This document shows, in pieces, positions 19,641 to 28,074 of a DNA stretch of 64,000 nt. The notes beneath the pieces were generated by a model. It ran no database searches. It was not told the DNA's origin and was given only the letters and a program-made list of their open reading frames with translations. Source of the stretch: a virus (lineage: Duplodnaviria; Caudoviricetes). The translations under genes were made by a program, and so were the position numbers. Numbering within the stretch: the first letter of the stretch is position 1; each line of letters starts with the position of its first letter. Where the stretch lies: positions 21,025 to 85,024 of the IMG/VR virus record IMGVR_UViG_3300037249_000287, one strand, 5' to 3'.

Positions 19641-20059
19641 TTTTCTTTTTCGTTTTCGTATTGAAACAGTAATCCGACTATCGCACGGCACAGGTCATAT
19701 TGCGACTTGCCTTTTGGTAATTTATCCCAATTATGGGAAAGCCAGTCAGCAAGTTTATCCATGCCACCAAGTTTAGATAATGGCATTTCTTGAATATCAC
19801 TTGCTTTAAGGCACATAAAACAGTCATAGAGATATTTACCAGTTGAATAGGACTTGCCATACATGTGTTTTGTAACAACCCACACGCCTTCCTCCAAACC
19901 TTTGTCGGAACGCATAGACTGTGGCTCATAGATAATCTTCTTACCTCTTTGAACCTTTTTGTAAAGCACGTTGTCAAATGGCGGTTCAGGCTCTTGATAA
20001 GCCTGATACCTGCCATTCGGAAGCTTGACGTATAGTTTCTGTTTTTCCATACACCACAA
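19637..20059 (-). CDS. Hypothetical protein
   Basis: Operon-packed ORF, 140 aa. Confidence 0.55.
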   Translation of the reverse strand: MWCMEKQKLYVKLPNGRYQAYQEPEPPFDNVLYKKVQRGKKIIYEPQSMRSDKGLEEGVWVVTKHMYGKSYSTGKYLYDCFMCLKASDIQEMPLSKLGGMDKLADWLSHNWDKLPKGKSQYDLCRAIVGLLFQYENEKEK

Positions 20060-20548
20060 TTAGTTTACTTTAATCTTACGACCGCCCTTCATTTTTCTTT
20101 CGCCTACAGTAGCTTTCTTTGGATTGGGAATGCCATGTTCCTTTCGATATTTGATTGCATCTTGTTCATTACAAACCCTAATAAGTTCGCAATCACCGCA
20201 GCCTTCTTCATCTTTGTTATCAAGTAATCTTGCTTTTTCAGCGACACCTTTGAGCATTTCTGTGGCAAGTTTCAACCCAGCGATAGAACCTGATGTCTGT
20301 ACAAGTTTCAGTGCTTCAAGAATAATGTGTGCAACTCTATCAATACCTTCATCGCCCTTTCCTGTTAATGACATTGTAAGAATAGCGGCAATAGTACAGA
20401 TAATGTCATTGTTTTCCTTTTCAGCGGTTAGTACCGTCAATTCGTCATTTTTGTCGTTTCCATAGATTGCAAACAAAGTTTCACCATTGCTAATTTTCTG
20501 TGCAATCTTTTCAAGTTCGACTGCTACATTAAAGTCTTTTGTTTTCAT
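20060..20548 (-). CDS. Hypothetical protein
   Basis: 162 aa downstream of the promoter at 20584-20591. Confidence 0.6.
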   Translation of the reverse strand: MKTKDFNVAVELEKIAQKISNGETLFAIYGNDKNDELTVLTAEKENNDIICTIAAILTMSLTGKGDEGIDRVAHIILEALKLVQTSGSIAGLKLATEMLKGVAEKARLLDNKDEEGCGDCELIRVCNEQDAIKYRKEHGIPNPKKATVGERKMKGGRKIKVN

Positions 20549-20583
20549 AATGCTAATAATTAATTAATAAATGAATTGTGTTG

Positions 20584-20591
20584 CAAAATTA
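20584..20591 (-). promoter_or_regulatory. -7 promoter (TAATTTTG)
   Basis: TAnnTTTG-CAAC upstream of 20548. Confidence 0.6.
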
Positions 20592-20619
20592 TATTTTTTC
20601 TTTAAGTATTCCAAATAAA

Positions 20620-21291
20620 TTAAGATTTATTACCATAAAGTTCATTAAGTGCATCCGATATACTCTCACCGTTAGCTTCTTTCATGCGCTTGTATTCTTC
20701 AAACGTGATGGTGTTCTTTTTGCTTTCCTCGATAAGCTTGTCATTGCGCATGCGTTCAATGTCGGCATAGTAGTGTTCGCGTTCGACCAAGAACTTGTTC
20801 AAAGCCTCGGTTACAACAAGTGCATAAGAGTCGCCTCCATAAAACCTTCCATATCTACCACCTTCAAAGCGTGTAATAAACAGCAAAAACTCGACCACCT
20901 TTAACGTCTTGTAGTTCGCATAGATGCTACATGCAAGGTTGTAGACCTGTTCTTTCGAGAACCTATCATTCGTAACGCCAAGAAAAATGAACATGCCCTG
21001 TAGGATGTTGTACAGCCAATTTGCAGAAGAACCTTTGCCGTATGTGATGTCTATGCGTACAAACGTAGGACTGTCTCGTCTAAAGCACGCCATCGCATCT
21101 TGTACGAATGCGTTCTTGTTAGCATAAGAGAATTTGTTACTAAGCTGTGTAAAGCTACCATACCTCGTCGTTATCTCCGTCACGAACGTCGGCTTGTTGT
21201 TGGTTGCCAATGCGGTCTGTGAGCTGCTGACTGAATGCGTTTGCTTCTGCAACAGTTCGCCTAATCTTGTCGGTGATTGTTTCTCTTCCAT
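20620..21291 (-). CDS. Replication-module protein (DUF6633-like)
   Basis: Follows the initiator gene; YKTLKVVEFLLFITRFEGGRYGRFYG motif. Confidence 0.55.
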   Translation of the reverse strand: MEEKQSPTRLGELLQKQTHSVSSSQTALATNNKPTFVTEITTRYGSFTQLSNKFSYANKNAFVQDAMACFRRDSPTFVRIDITYGKGSSANWLYNILQGMFIFLGVTNDRFSKEQVYNLACSIYANYKTLKVVEFLLFITRFEGGRYGRFYGGDSYALVVTEALNKFLVEREHYYADIERMRNDKLIEESKKNTITFEEYKRMKEANGESISDALNELYGNKS

Positions 21292-21898
21292 AATTCACGT
21301 TATTGTTGTTGTTCTTTCTATTCTTAGCCCATGTGGTGCAAGCCATCTTCCAGTTCTTCATCGGATTCTTTCCGACTTTCCATCCGTTACTTTCGTAGAA
21401 AGCATAGAAAGCCTCCGCGTCAAACGTGTAGCCTTTTTCAAGAATGTGCGCTTGAATCTCTTGTATTGTTGGCTTTACAAATCTTTTTTCTTTTTTAGAA
21501 GATATGATAGTATCTTCTTTTTCTTTTATTATTTCAGTCTTTATTTCTTTTATGTCTTTATTTATTTGTGGTTGATTATTACCGTGTCGGAAATTTTCCG
21601 TGTCGGAAATTTTAGTGGCTTTAATAGTGTATTTAACAGCACCAAAAGTTCCATTTTTGTTACTTTGAGAACCTTTAACCACCCATCCGCTTGCCACCAA
21701 TTCGTTTATGTACTTACGCAATGTGTCTACACTATATCCAATTTCTCGTGCCATTGGTTCAAGATAAAAATTCCAATCATCTGGCTTGCATACCATAAAC
21801 ACATAGACAAACCTTGCTCTATCAGATAGAGTTTTGTCAAAAATCAAATCACGAGGAACAATTTGATAATTATTTAATTCATTGTGTATGTTTGCCAT
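21155..21898 (-). CDS. Replication initiator / replisome organiser (N-terminal HTH, C-terminal DnaD-like domain)
   Basis: IVPRDLIFDKTLSDRARFVY...DTLRKYINELVASGWV; FVKPTIQEI...AEAFYAFYESNGWKVGKNPMKNWK. Overlaps the next gene by 137 nt. Confidence 0.75.
   Translation of the reverse strand: MANIHNELNNYQIVPRDLIFDKTLSDRARFVYVFMVCKPDDWNFYLEPMAREIGYSVDTLRKYINELVASGWVVKGSQSNKNGTFGAVKYTIKATKISDTENFRHGNNQPQINKDIKEIKTEIIKEKEDTIISSKKEKRFVKPTIQEIQAHILEKGYTFDAEAFYAFYESNGWKVGKNPMKNWKMACTTWAKNRKNNNNNVNYGRETITDKIRRTVAEANAFSQQLTDRIGNQQQADVRDGDNDEVW
21582..21613. repeat. Tandem 16-bp direct repeat inside the initiator gene (candidate origin iterons)
   Basis: CCGTGTCGGAAATTTT twice, next to an AT-rich/pyrimidine-rich tract at about 21480-21570. 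Confidence 0.6.
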
Positions 21899-21900
21899 AA

Positions 21901-22341
21901 CTATTTATTGTTTATAAATTCAAAAATACCATTCAATGTAGAAATTTTATCTTTTTCTGCAACATAGATTTCACCGCAAAAAACATAATATTCTTTAACA
22001 TTATTCATTATCCAACGCTTTATTATATCTTTTCTAACCCTCAAACCGTTATGCGTAAGTATTTGTTTTAATCGCATAGAACTACACGCATTTGGCAACT
22101 GTTTATTGTAAAGGGGTTGGTATTTGGCTATATATTTCATTTCCATTTCATCCAATTTTTCAGACTTACACTTTATTGTTCTTATAGTGTCAAAGTCCTT
22201 GTCAGAAGGATGGCATAAAATTCTTTTCAAGCCATATTCTGTTTGACCCACATAAACAACTTTTTCGTTTTTCAATAAGAAATAAATACAAGGGAAATAC
22301 ACATCTTGTAATTTGTACTCATAATCAAATTTTTCTTCCAT
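21901..22341 (-). CDS. GIY-YIG family endonuclease-like protein
   Basis: PCIYFL...VVYVGQT...KRILCH...EMKYIAKYQPLYN. Start moved to ATG 22341 because the upstream part is the leader RNA. Confidence 0.7.
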   Translation of the reverse strand: MEEKFDYEYKLQDVYFPCIYFLLKNEKVVYVGQTEYGLKRILCHPSDKDFDTIRTIKCKSEKLDEMEMKYIAKYQPLYNKQLPNACSSMRLKQILTHNGLRVRKDIIKRWIMNNVKEYYVFCGEIYVAEKDKISTLNGIFEFINNK

Positions 22342-22485
22342 ATATGACCGCTTTAAAAGCCTAATGAGCGATTTACTCGTTGCGGTCATTCAACTTTCAA
22401 TCGCCCATCTTGGCAAAAATTGTTATAACATTATCTTTTATCCTTTGCGTCTTAAATGACCGTCAACGCATCGAATGGATTTTCT
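22342..22485 (-). ncRNA. Kissing-loop leader (class B) of the GIY-YIG gene
   Basis: Promoter TATCTTTG 22490-22497. 5' hairpin TGCGT/ACGCA with loop CGGTCATT; 3' hairpin GTTG-AATGACCG-CAAC inside GGGCGATT/AATCGCTC with a GAAA/GAGTA internal loop. Confidence 0.7.
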
Positions 22486-22539
22486 TTTGCAAAGATACTA
22501 CTTATATACCGTAGTTCCAAATATTTTAGTGTTATTTAA

Positions 22540-23310
22540 TTAAAACAATGTTAATTGCCGTTTTTCTCTTGCTATTCTATCGCAAGCAACCTTATGGTAA
22601 TCTTCATTGAGTTCTATTCCGATAAAATCCCGCTTTTCGCGTATGGCCGCAACACAGGTACTGCCAGAGCCGCACGTATTATCAAGCACCAAATCGCCTT
22701 TGTTTGTATATGTACGTATAAGGTATCTAAGCAAATCGACGGGCTTTTGTGTGACATGATACTTGTCTTTGTCGCGCTTAAAATAAAGCAGATTTGTCGG
22801 GTATCGTGTGCCGTCGTTGTTTGTTGTGCATCGTTTAACAGTAGAGCGCAAAACAGACGTTGGCGTTCTTTCTCCTCTGTCTCTTATGTATGGCTCAAAT
22901 CCTTCTCGCATCTGTGGATTGTATGTCATGTGACAATCTTTTGTTGTCGGCGACGTAGAACCGAATCCAAAGACGCAAACATCTTCTGTTGTCTTTATCG
23001 GCTGATAATGCGAGTTCAGAAAGTTAGTACCGTTTTCCTTTACCCATACCCAGTTGTATTTATACATTTCAAGATTGCTTGAAATAAGCTTTGTGGTGAA
23101 CGGCTGTTGTGCAAACAGTACAATTGCACCATCTGGCTTTATTATGCGCTTGTAGGCGTTCCAAAGCGGCTCAAACGGAATCATGCAGTCCCATTTACAG
23201 GGTGTTGTGTTGTACGGCAAGTCGCAAAGTATCAAATCAACGCTTTTGTCGTCTATACCCTGCATTACGTCAAGACAGTCACCATTGTAGATTTTGTTAA
23301 GTTCTAACAT
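22540..23310 (-). CDS. DNA methyltransferase, N6-A/N4-C beta class (orphan)
   Basis: IYNGDCL...ILCDLPY (motif IV) precedes HVTQKP and VLDNTCGSGST (motif I). Confidence 0.9.
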   Translation of the reverse strand: MLELNKIYNGDCLDVMQGIDDKSVDLILCDLPYNTTPCKWDCMIPFEPLWNAYKRIIKPDGAIVLFAQQPFTTKLISSNLEMYKYNWVWVKENGTNFLNSHYQPIKTTEDVCVFGFGSTSPTTKDCHMTYNPQMREGFEPYIRDRGERTPTSVLRSTVKRCTTNNDGTRYPTNLLYFKRDKDKYHVTQKPVDLLRYLIRTYTNKGDLVLDNTCGSGSTCVAAIREKRDFIGIELNEDYHKVACDRIAREKRQLTLF

Positions 23311-23323
23311 AATTAAAATAAAG

Positions 23324-23851
23324 TTAGTTGTTGTTATTGCTGACAAAGATAAAGTTATATCCATGAATAGATTTTCGCTCTCCTCTTGCAACCCTCGCCA
23401 CCGTATTATGTGTTATGCCAAGAACTTCTTCTGCTTCACGGCAAGATTTATACACAATACCATTCTGTAAACATAAGACTCTTTTGTATTTGTATTCTTT
23501 GTTTTCCCTATTATAATATTGGGTATTTCTATCTGCCCAACGTAGATTGTCAATGCTATTATTAGTGCGATTATTTCTGTCTATATGGTCTGGTGAATAG
23601 CCATCCAAATCTCCTTCTGGCATAAATGTTTGCAAAACAATTTCGTGCAGTTTAAAGCGATGGCATTTAAGTGAAAGCGTTATCGTTCCTACGGAATCTG
23701 GTTTGTATTTCGCTATTACGCCTTTTCTTTTGAAACGGCCAAGGTTTGAGACTTGATACAACCCTTTTGGGAATACATACTCTTTTACTTTTTCCCATCT
23801 ACTGTTTCGAGAATGTAATTTTAAAACATCTTTCCAAATTTCCTGTTCCAT
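23324..23851 (-). CDS. NUMOD4-HNH-NUMOD1 homing endonuclease
   Basis: EIWKDV...LYQVSNLGR; DHIDRNNRTNNSIDNLRW; C-terminal YKSCREA...VARG...GYNF. Confidence 0.85.
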   Translation of the reverse strand: MEQEIWKDVLKLHSRNSRWEKVKEYVFPKGLYQVSNLGRFKRKGVIAKYKPDSVGTITLSLKCHRFKLHEIVLQTFMPEGDLDGYSPDHIDRNNRTNNSIDNLRWADRNTQYYNRENKEYKYKRVLCLQNGIVYKSCREAEEVLGITHNTVARVARGERKSIHGYNFIFVSNNNN

Positions 23852-23970
23852 GTGTTAATAAAAACATTGCAATCGCAACTACTAAGGTGCTCTACTACCT
23901 GTTCGTTGCGACTGCAAGTATATTGTTGTTCGTATTTGCGGCTAATGTAGAGCGCACCGCATTGAACTAT
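23852..23970 (-). ncRNA. Kissing-loop leader (class B) of the HNH gene at 23851
   Basis: Promoter TACCTTTG 23975-23982. TGCGG/CCGCA loop GCTCTAC kisses AGGT-AGTAGAGC-ACCT; GAAC/TAGTA internal loop; 12-bp outer stem. Confidence 0.7.
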
Positions 23971-24021
23971 AATGCAAAGGTACGAAAAATTACCGAATCA
24001 GCAAAATGTTTTAATTGTTTT

Positions 24022-24666
24022 TTAGAAAAGATTTAATTGCTTTACAATTTCTCCATTACTCATTTGCGTCTCTCCAAAGCATTCTGCCGCAAAACGTTTT
24101 TCTTGTGCGTCAAAATAATCTTTGTCAATCTCACAGCCGTAGAAATCAAAGCCTAGTTTGTAAGCTGCTATGCGGCTACTTCCAGAACCTATCATCGGGT
24201 CAAATATCATCTCTCCTTCTTTGACGTAGTTTTTGAATATCCAAGCGTATAACGCTACACTTTTTTGTGTCGGATGAATCTTCTTTTCTCCGTTAGAAGA
24301 AACGTGCTGCCTAAACATCTTTGCTGGACTATCGAAACTCGACCACGCATATTCGCACATGGCAAGCGAGAAATCAAACGGCTGCATTTTGTCCCATATA
24401 AGGAAATGTTTGTTTGGTGGTAGTCCGAAATAGTTACCGCCCCATATAATCTGATTCTTAGACACACGAAATAATTCGTCAAAGAACTCTTTGTTTGGAA
24501 CTTGACAATCCCAACTTTTTCTTTCGTGTGCCTGTCTGACTGGATTGCTTGATATACTTATTCCATAAGGAGGGTCGGCGCAAGCCAAATCGAAATATTT
24601 ATCTGGCAATGTACGCATGTATTCCACGCAATCGCAGTTATAAACATCACTTCTTGTTTCTTTCAT
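24022..24666 (-). CDS. Second DNA methyltransferase, N6-A/N4-C beta class (orphan)
   Basis: VYNCDC...LACADPPY...IHPTQK...IFDPMIGSGSS. Confidence 0.9.
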   Translation of the reverse strand: MKETRSDVYNCDCVEYMRTLPDKYFDLACADPPYGISISSNPVRQAHERKSWDCQVPNKEFFDELFRVSKNQIIWGGNYFGLPPNKHFLIWDKMQPFDFSLAMCEYAWSSFDSPAKMFRQHVSSNGEKKIHPTQKSVALYAWIFKNYVKEGEMIFDPMIGSGSSRIAAYKLGFDFYGCEIDKDYFDAQEKRFAAECFGETQMSNGEIVKQLNLF

Positions 24667-24994
24667 TTTCGTTCTTTTTGTTTTTGTAAATCAACGCACT
24701 AACCTTGGAATAGATGCCGACGTGACGCAGTTTCTTTATCTTGTCAAACACACCAGCGCTTTCCGTCTTGCGGTAACTTTCGCCAAGCAATTTGGGAATG
24801 TCGTTCCTTGCAATGCGTTCATCATCGACACACCTTGAAAGCATTTCAACCTCCTTTTGTGTCGCCTCGCATTCATTTCTCTTATTGGCACGAATAATGG
24901 AATCCACGTCAATGCCGTGCTTCTTAGCCATGTACCGCAACCGCGATAGATAGTCGCGGCACAAGGCTTGAAGAGTTTCGTTTCGCTTGGTCAT
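24647..24994 (-). CDS. Hypothetical protein
   Basis: 115 aa, operon-packed. Confidence 0.55.
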   Translation of the reverse strand: MTKRNETLQALCRDYLSRLRYMAKKHGIDVDSIIRANKRNECEATQKEVEMLSRCVDDERIARNDIPKLLGESYRKTESAGVFDKIKKLRHVGIYSKVSALIYKNKKNENERNKK

Positions 24995-25167
24995 TACTCA
25001 GGCTTAACGAACTGTGCGCATGCCTCAATGACGGCAGTGCCAATAACGACAATTGCACCATTGATGGCGGTTGCGTACTCTGGCGACGTGTATGTCACCA
25101 CGGCTACTGCGATGGCCTGTACACCACCGACGATTGCACTCACTAACTGAAAAGTCTTTTTGCTCAT
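24994..25167 (-). CDS. Small two-TM membrane protein (57 aa, below the track cutoff)
   Basis: MSKKTFQLVSAIVGGVQAIAVAVVTYTSPEYATAINGAIVVIGTAVIEACAQFVKPE; TAATG stop/start overlap with the next gene. Confidence 0.65.
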   Translation of the reverse strand: MSKKTFQLVSAIVGGVQAIAVAVVTYTSPEYATAINGAIVVIGTAVIEACAQFVKPE

Positions 25168-25206
25168 AATCTAAAATTTTAAGTTGTTAATAAAACGTGA
25201 GTTGTC

Positions 25207-25821
25207 TCACTTTTGTATTTTATCTAAATATTTCCAAACAAAACCACCAGAATGTTTCATTTCCCCAGAGCAACATCTTCTAATACTTCTTGGATATACA
25301 CCTGTTGCTTTTCCTGCCGCAACGGAATGTTCGTAAATACCAAGCAAATTGCCATTGTCGTCTAAGCACATCACGTTTTTAATATATCCTTTGCTAATTT
25401 TCTTTATCAAACCTTTCCTATATGAATTGTTTTTTGCAACAGTGGCTTTGGTTCGCTCTTTTATAGTTCCGTAATTATGATTGTAAAAGCCGTCACACCA
25501 TTCAAGATTGTCAACACGGTTGTTTGACGGATTTTCATCTTTGTGATTTATTTGTGGCAAATTATTCGGATTAGGAATGAAAGCTATTGCTACAAGTCTA
25601 TGGACGCTTTTTACAAAAGTTTTTCCGTTTTTCCTTAGTGTAACATGCTTTTCACCTCTACCAGTCATTGATGGCTGTGGTTTTAAAATTCTTTCTTTTA
25701 GAACATGTGTGTAACCACCCCTTCCCTTACGGATTTTTGGTAGACTTTTTATTCTTCCAAAACTACTTGCTTCATACAAACCTTCAAAACCTACTACTGG
25801 TTTCCAAATTTCTTGTTCCAT
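25207..25821 (-). CDS. NUMOD4-HNH-NUMOD1 homing endonuclease
   Basis: MEQEIWKPVVGFEGLYEASSFGRIKS; VHRLVAIAFIPNPNNLPQINHKDENPSNNRVDNLEWC. Confidence 0.9.
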   Translation of the reverse strand: MEQEIWKPVVGFEGLYEASSFGRIKSLPKIRKGRGGYTHVLKERILKPQPSMTGRGEKHVTLRKNGKTFVKSVHRLVAIAFIPNPNNLPQINHKDENPSNNRVDNLEWCDGFYNHNYGTIKERTKATVAKNNSYRKGLIKKISKGYIKNVMCLDDNGNLLGIYEHSVAAGKATGVYPRSIRRCCSGEMKHSGGFVWKYLDKIQK

Positions 25822-25924
25822 AAAATCAAAACTCCCAAGTGTTCGGTGTATGGGTCGAGCATACACCTACTTACAAGGGAATTAAGTGTTTCGCGTTAGG
25901 ATTCTCGACCAATCCTTTATTTAC
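25822..25924 (-). ncRNA. Kissing-loop leader (class B) of the HNH gene at 25821
   Basis: Promoter TATCTTTG 25929-25936. AGGATT-GGTCGAG-AATCCT and GGTGTATG-CTCGACC-CATACACC have perfectly complementary 7-nt loops; AAGTA/GAAC internal loop. Confidence 0.75.
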
Positions 25925-25973
25925 GATGCAAAGATACAAAAACTTTTTGTAATATCCAAATTTTTAACTTACT

Positions 25974-26327
25974 TTAAAAAGGTAAGTTTGAATCGTCTGT
26001 ACCTTGCGCACTTTCTTGGTTTTGAAGTGGCTGTTGCTGCTTGTTGTTTTGCTGTTGACCACCAATAGCGGTCACTTTCCAAGCCTGCAAATTGACAAAA
26101 TATTTACCTTGCCATTCAGCACCTTTGATGTCAAATTGAACCGACACATCTTGCCCAACAACAACACCCATAGCTTTCCACTTATCCTCACCAAAGACCT
26201 CAAATTTGATTTTCTGAGGGTATTGCTCTTTTGTCTCTAAGATGAAGAAATTCTTCACCACCTCACCATTCTTGCCATTGAAACGCTGCTCTGGCAGAAT
26301 CTGAATAACTGTACCATTTAAATCCAT
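25974..26327 (-). CDS. DUF3127 family OB-fold (SSB-like) protein
   Basis: MDLNGTVIQILPEQ...EQYPQKIKFEVFG...FDIKGAEWQGKYFVNLQAWKV; tail ending DDSNLPF. Confidence 0.8.
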   Translation of the reverse strand: MDLNGTVIQILPEQRFNGKNGEVVKNFFILETKEQYPQKIKFEVFGEDKWKAMGVVVGQDVSVQFDIKGAEWQGKYFVNLQAWKVTAIGGQQQNNKQQQPLQNQESAQGTDDSNLPF

Positions 26328-26386
26328 GACTATATAATTAAATTTTTAAAACGGAATCCACTTAAAACTCACAAAAGGCCACTTTC

Positions 26387-26701
26387 CTAATCACTGCTGT
26401 CTACACTGTAGGACATACCTAACTCGGTGCATATACTATGGTGGTCTGTACGACGATAGCCACTACTATAGCCCTTGTCAAAACGAAAGCCCTGCTCATG
26501 GAAAGCTTTCAAAATCGCACTCTCCATCTCGCCGTACATCCAACCATGACCATCATCATGGAATATCGGCGTCCAGCCATTAGCATAACCCAAATCACCA
26601 ATAGGCGCAATCTTACGCAAATCACTAAGACCAAACAAACCAATCTTCCTGACTAACTCCTTCTTCCATTCTGGAACTTGTGAATAATTTCTGTACTTCA
26701 T
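26387..26701 (-). CDS. Hypothetical protein
   Basis: 104 aa ORF with phage-like codon use. Confidence 0.55.
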   Translation of the reverse strand: MKYRNYSQVPEWKKELVRKIGLFGLSDLRKIAPIGDLGYANGWTPIFHDDGHGWMYGEMESAILKAFHEQGFRFDKGYSSGYRRTDHHSICTELGMSYSVDSSD

Positions 26702-26819
26702 AATCCTTATTGTTTATCGTTAAACGTTGTTTTTGCCACTTTTTAAGCCCGTAGAGCGCGTCTTACCACCAAGGCGGTATAAGTTACCACAAAGAACTTT
26801 TAACGCGCTTAGAACGGCT

Positions 26820-27404
26820 TTATTTCTTTTCATTGAACTTCTCCATATTCTTACCCCAATTAGGGTCACTTTTCATCTTGCGCATGATAGAACCAGCCTT
26901 CGACAACATCATCTCATACATATTGTCACACTTCTCACCCCACACAAGGTCTTTCATGTAACCACCGTGCTGCTGCATGTAGCGCAACTTCTCCTTCGCC
27001 ATCGACATCACCTGACGTATATCATTGAACATCTCCATATACGTGTTCTTGTCATAACGATGCAAAATGTCATCCATGTCAATGACAGAAGACTCAATGA
27101 TGTCAGCACACATGAAACATACAAGTAAATGACGCATCAAATTTTCTTTGTCCGACAAAGATATATTCATCGTTGCTATCTCGACTTTTTCCACTTCATT
27201 ACGCGCATTTTCCAAATACTCATACACAACACGGTTGAACAATACATCAATCTGCTGCGCCAAAGCTAAAGCTACATCGTATTTGCCAGTACGCATCATC
27301 ATCTGCTGCTGAACACGCAACTCACGAATACGAGGCTCAACCTCAAAAGACTGGCGTATCTTTGACATCAGCTCCTGCGGAATATCACTAACTTTGTTCA
27401 TCAT
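26820..27404 (-). CDS. Hypothetical protein (Met-rich, helical)
   Basis: 194 aa downstream of the promoter at 27446-27453. Confidence 0.6.
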   Translation of the reverse strand: MMNKVSDIPQELMSKIRQSFEVEPRIRELRVQQQMMMRTGKYDVALALAQQIDVLFNRVVYEYLENARNEVEKVEIATMNISLSDKENLMRHLLVCFMCADIIESSVIDMDDILHRYDKNTYMEMFNDIRQVMSMAKEKLRYMQQHGGYMKDLVWGEKCDNMYEMMLSKAGSIMRKMKSDPNWGKNMEKFNEKK

Positions 27405-27445
27405 AATAACTTAATAAATTCTTTTGTTTTACGTTAAACTTAGTG

Positions 27446-27453
27446 CAAAGATA
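27446..27453 (-). promoter_or_regulatory. -7 promoter (TATCTTTG)
   Basis: TAnnTTTG-CAC. Confidence 0.6.
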
Positions 27454-27669
27454 TATATATTTAAAGCATAAACAATAAAACATTAACATAACATAAGATT
27501 TTTAACTTTTAATAAGTAAACTATTTTATATATGGTAACTTATTAAATAAGTATATTTATTATACACACACGCGCACGCACGCGAGATTCGGCAAATATT
27601 AAGCAAATCCTTTGCCCGATTTCCGCTTAATATACACAAAAACGGCAAAATAAAACGGTTTAATCATGC

Positions 27670-28035
27670 TTATATTCTTATCTTTCCAAACTTAACGTAT
27701 TGCCCGTAGTAAGCATCGAAACTGTTGCCTTTAACCCACGCAAGTTTCTTGCAGAACTGCATCACCTCATTATGTGGAGTGTCGCGAAAGTCGTAAACTA
27801 CTCCGTCCGAATCGGCAGACACACAACACGTAGTCGGAATCTCAACCTCCTCATTCTCCTTGCGCAGATAGTCAACTATCTTTGCCATTGTGTCAAACGA
27901 AATGTCAACATCAAAACAACTGTCAACACGATAATTGACAGAATCATCATAAATGGTAACATCACCATCGCAACTTTCTTTTTCTACGAGCGACTTGACG
28001 TAGGCTTCCTGCTCTTTTGTCTTTACCTGTAACAT
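27670..28035 (-). CDS. Hypothetical protein (first gene of the leftward arm)
   Basis: Start moved to ATG 28035 because promoter TATCTTTG (28064-28071) lies inside the track's extension. Confidence 0.55.
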   Translation of the reverse strand: MLQVKTKEQEAYVKSLVEKESCDGDVTIYDDSVNYRVDSCFDVDISFDTMAKIVDYLRKENEEVEIPTTCCVSADSDGVVYDFRDTPHNEVMQFCKKLAWVKGNSFDAYYGQYVKFGKIRI

Positions 28036-28074
28036 AATCCTTTTGTTTAAGTGAAACTTTCCGCAAAGATACAC

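Noticed and set aside
24994-25167. Holin
   Set aside because: The two-TM shape fits, but it lies in the methylase/replication arm with no endolysin nearby.
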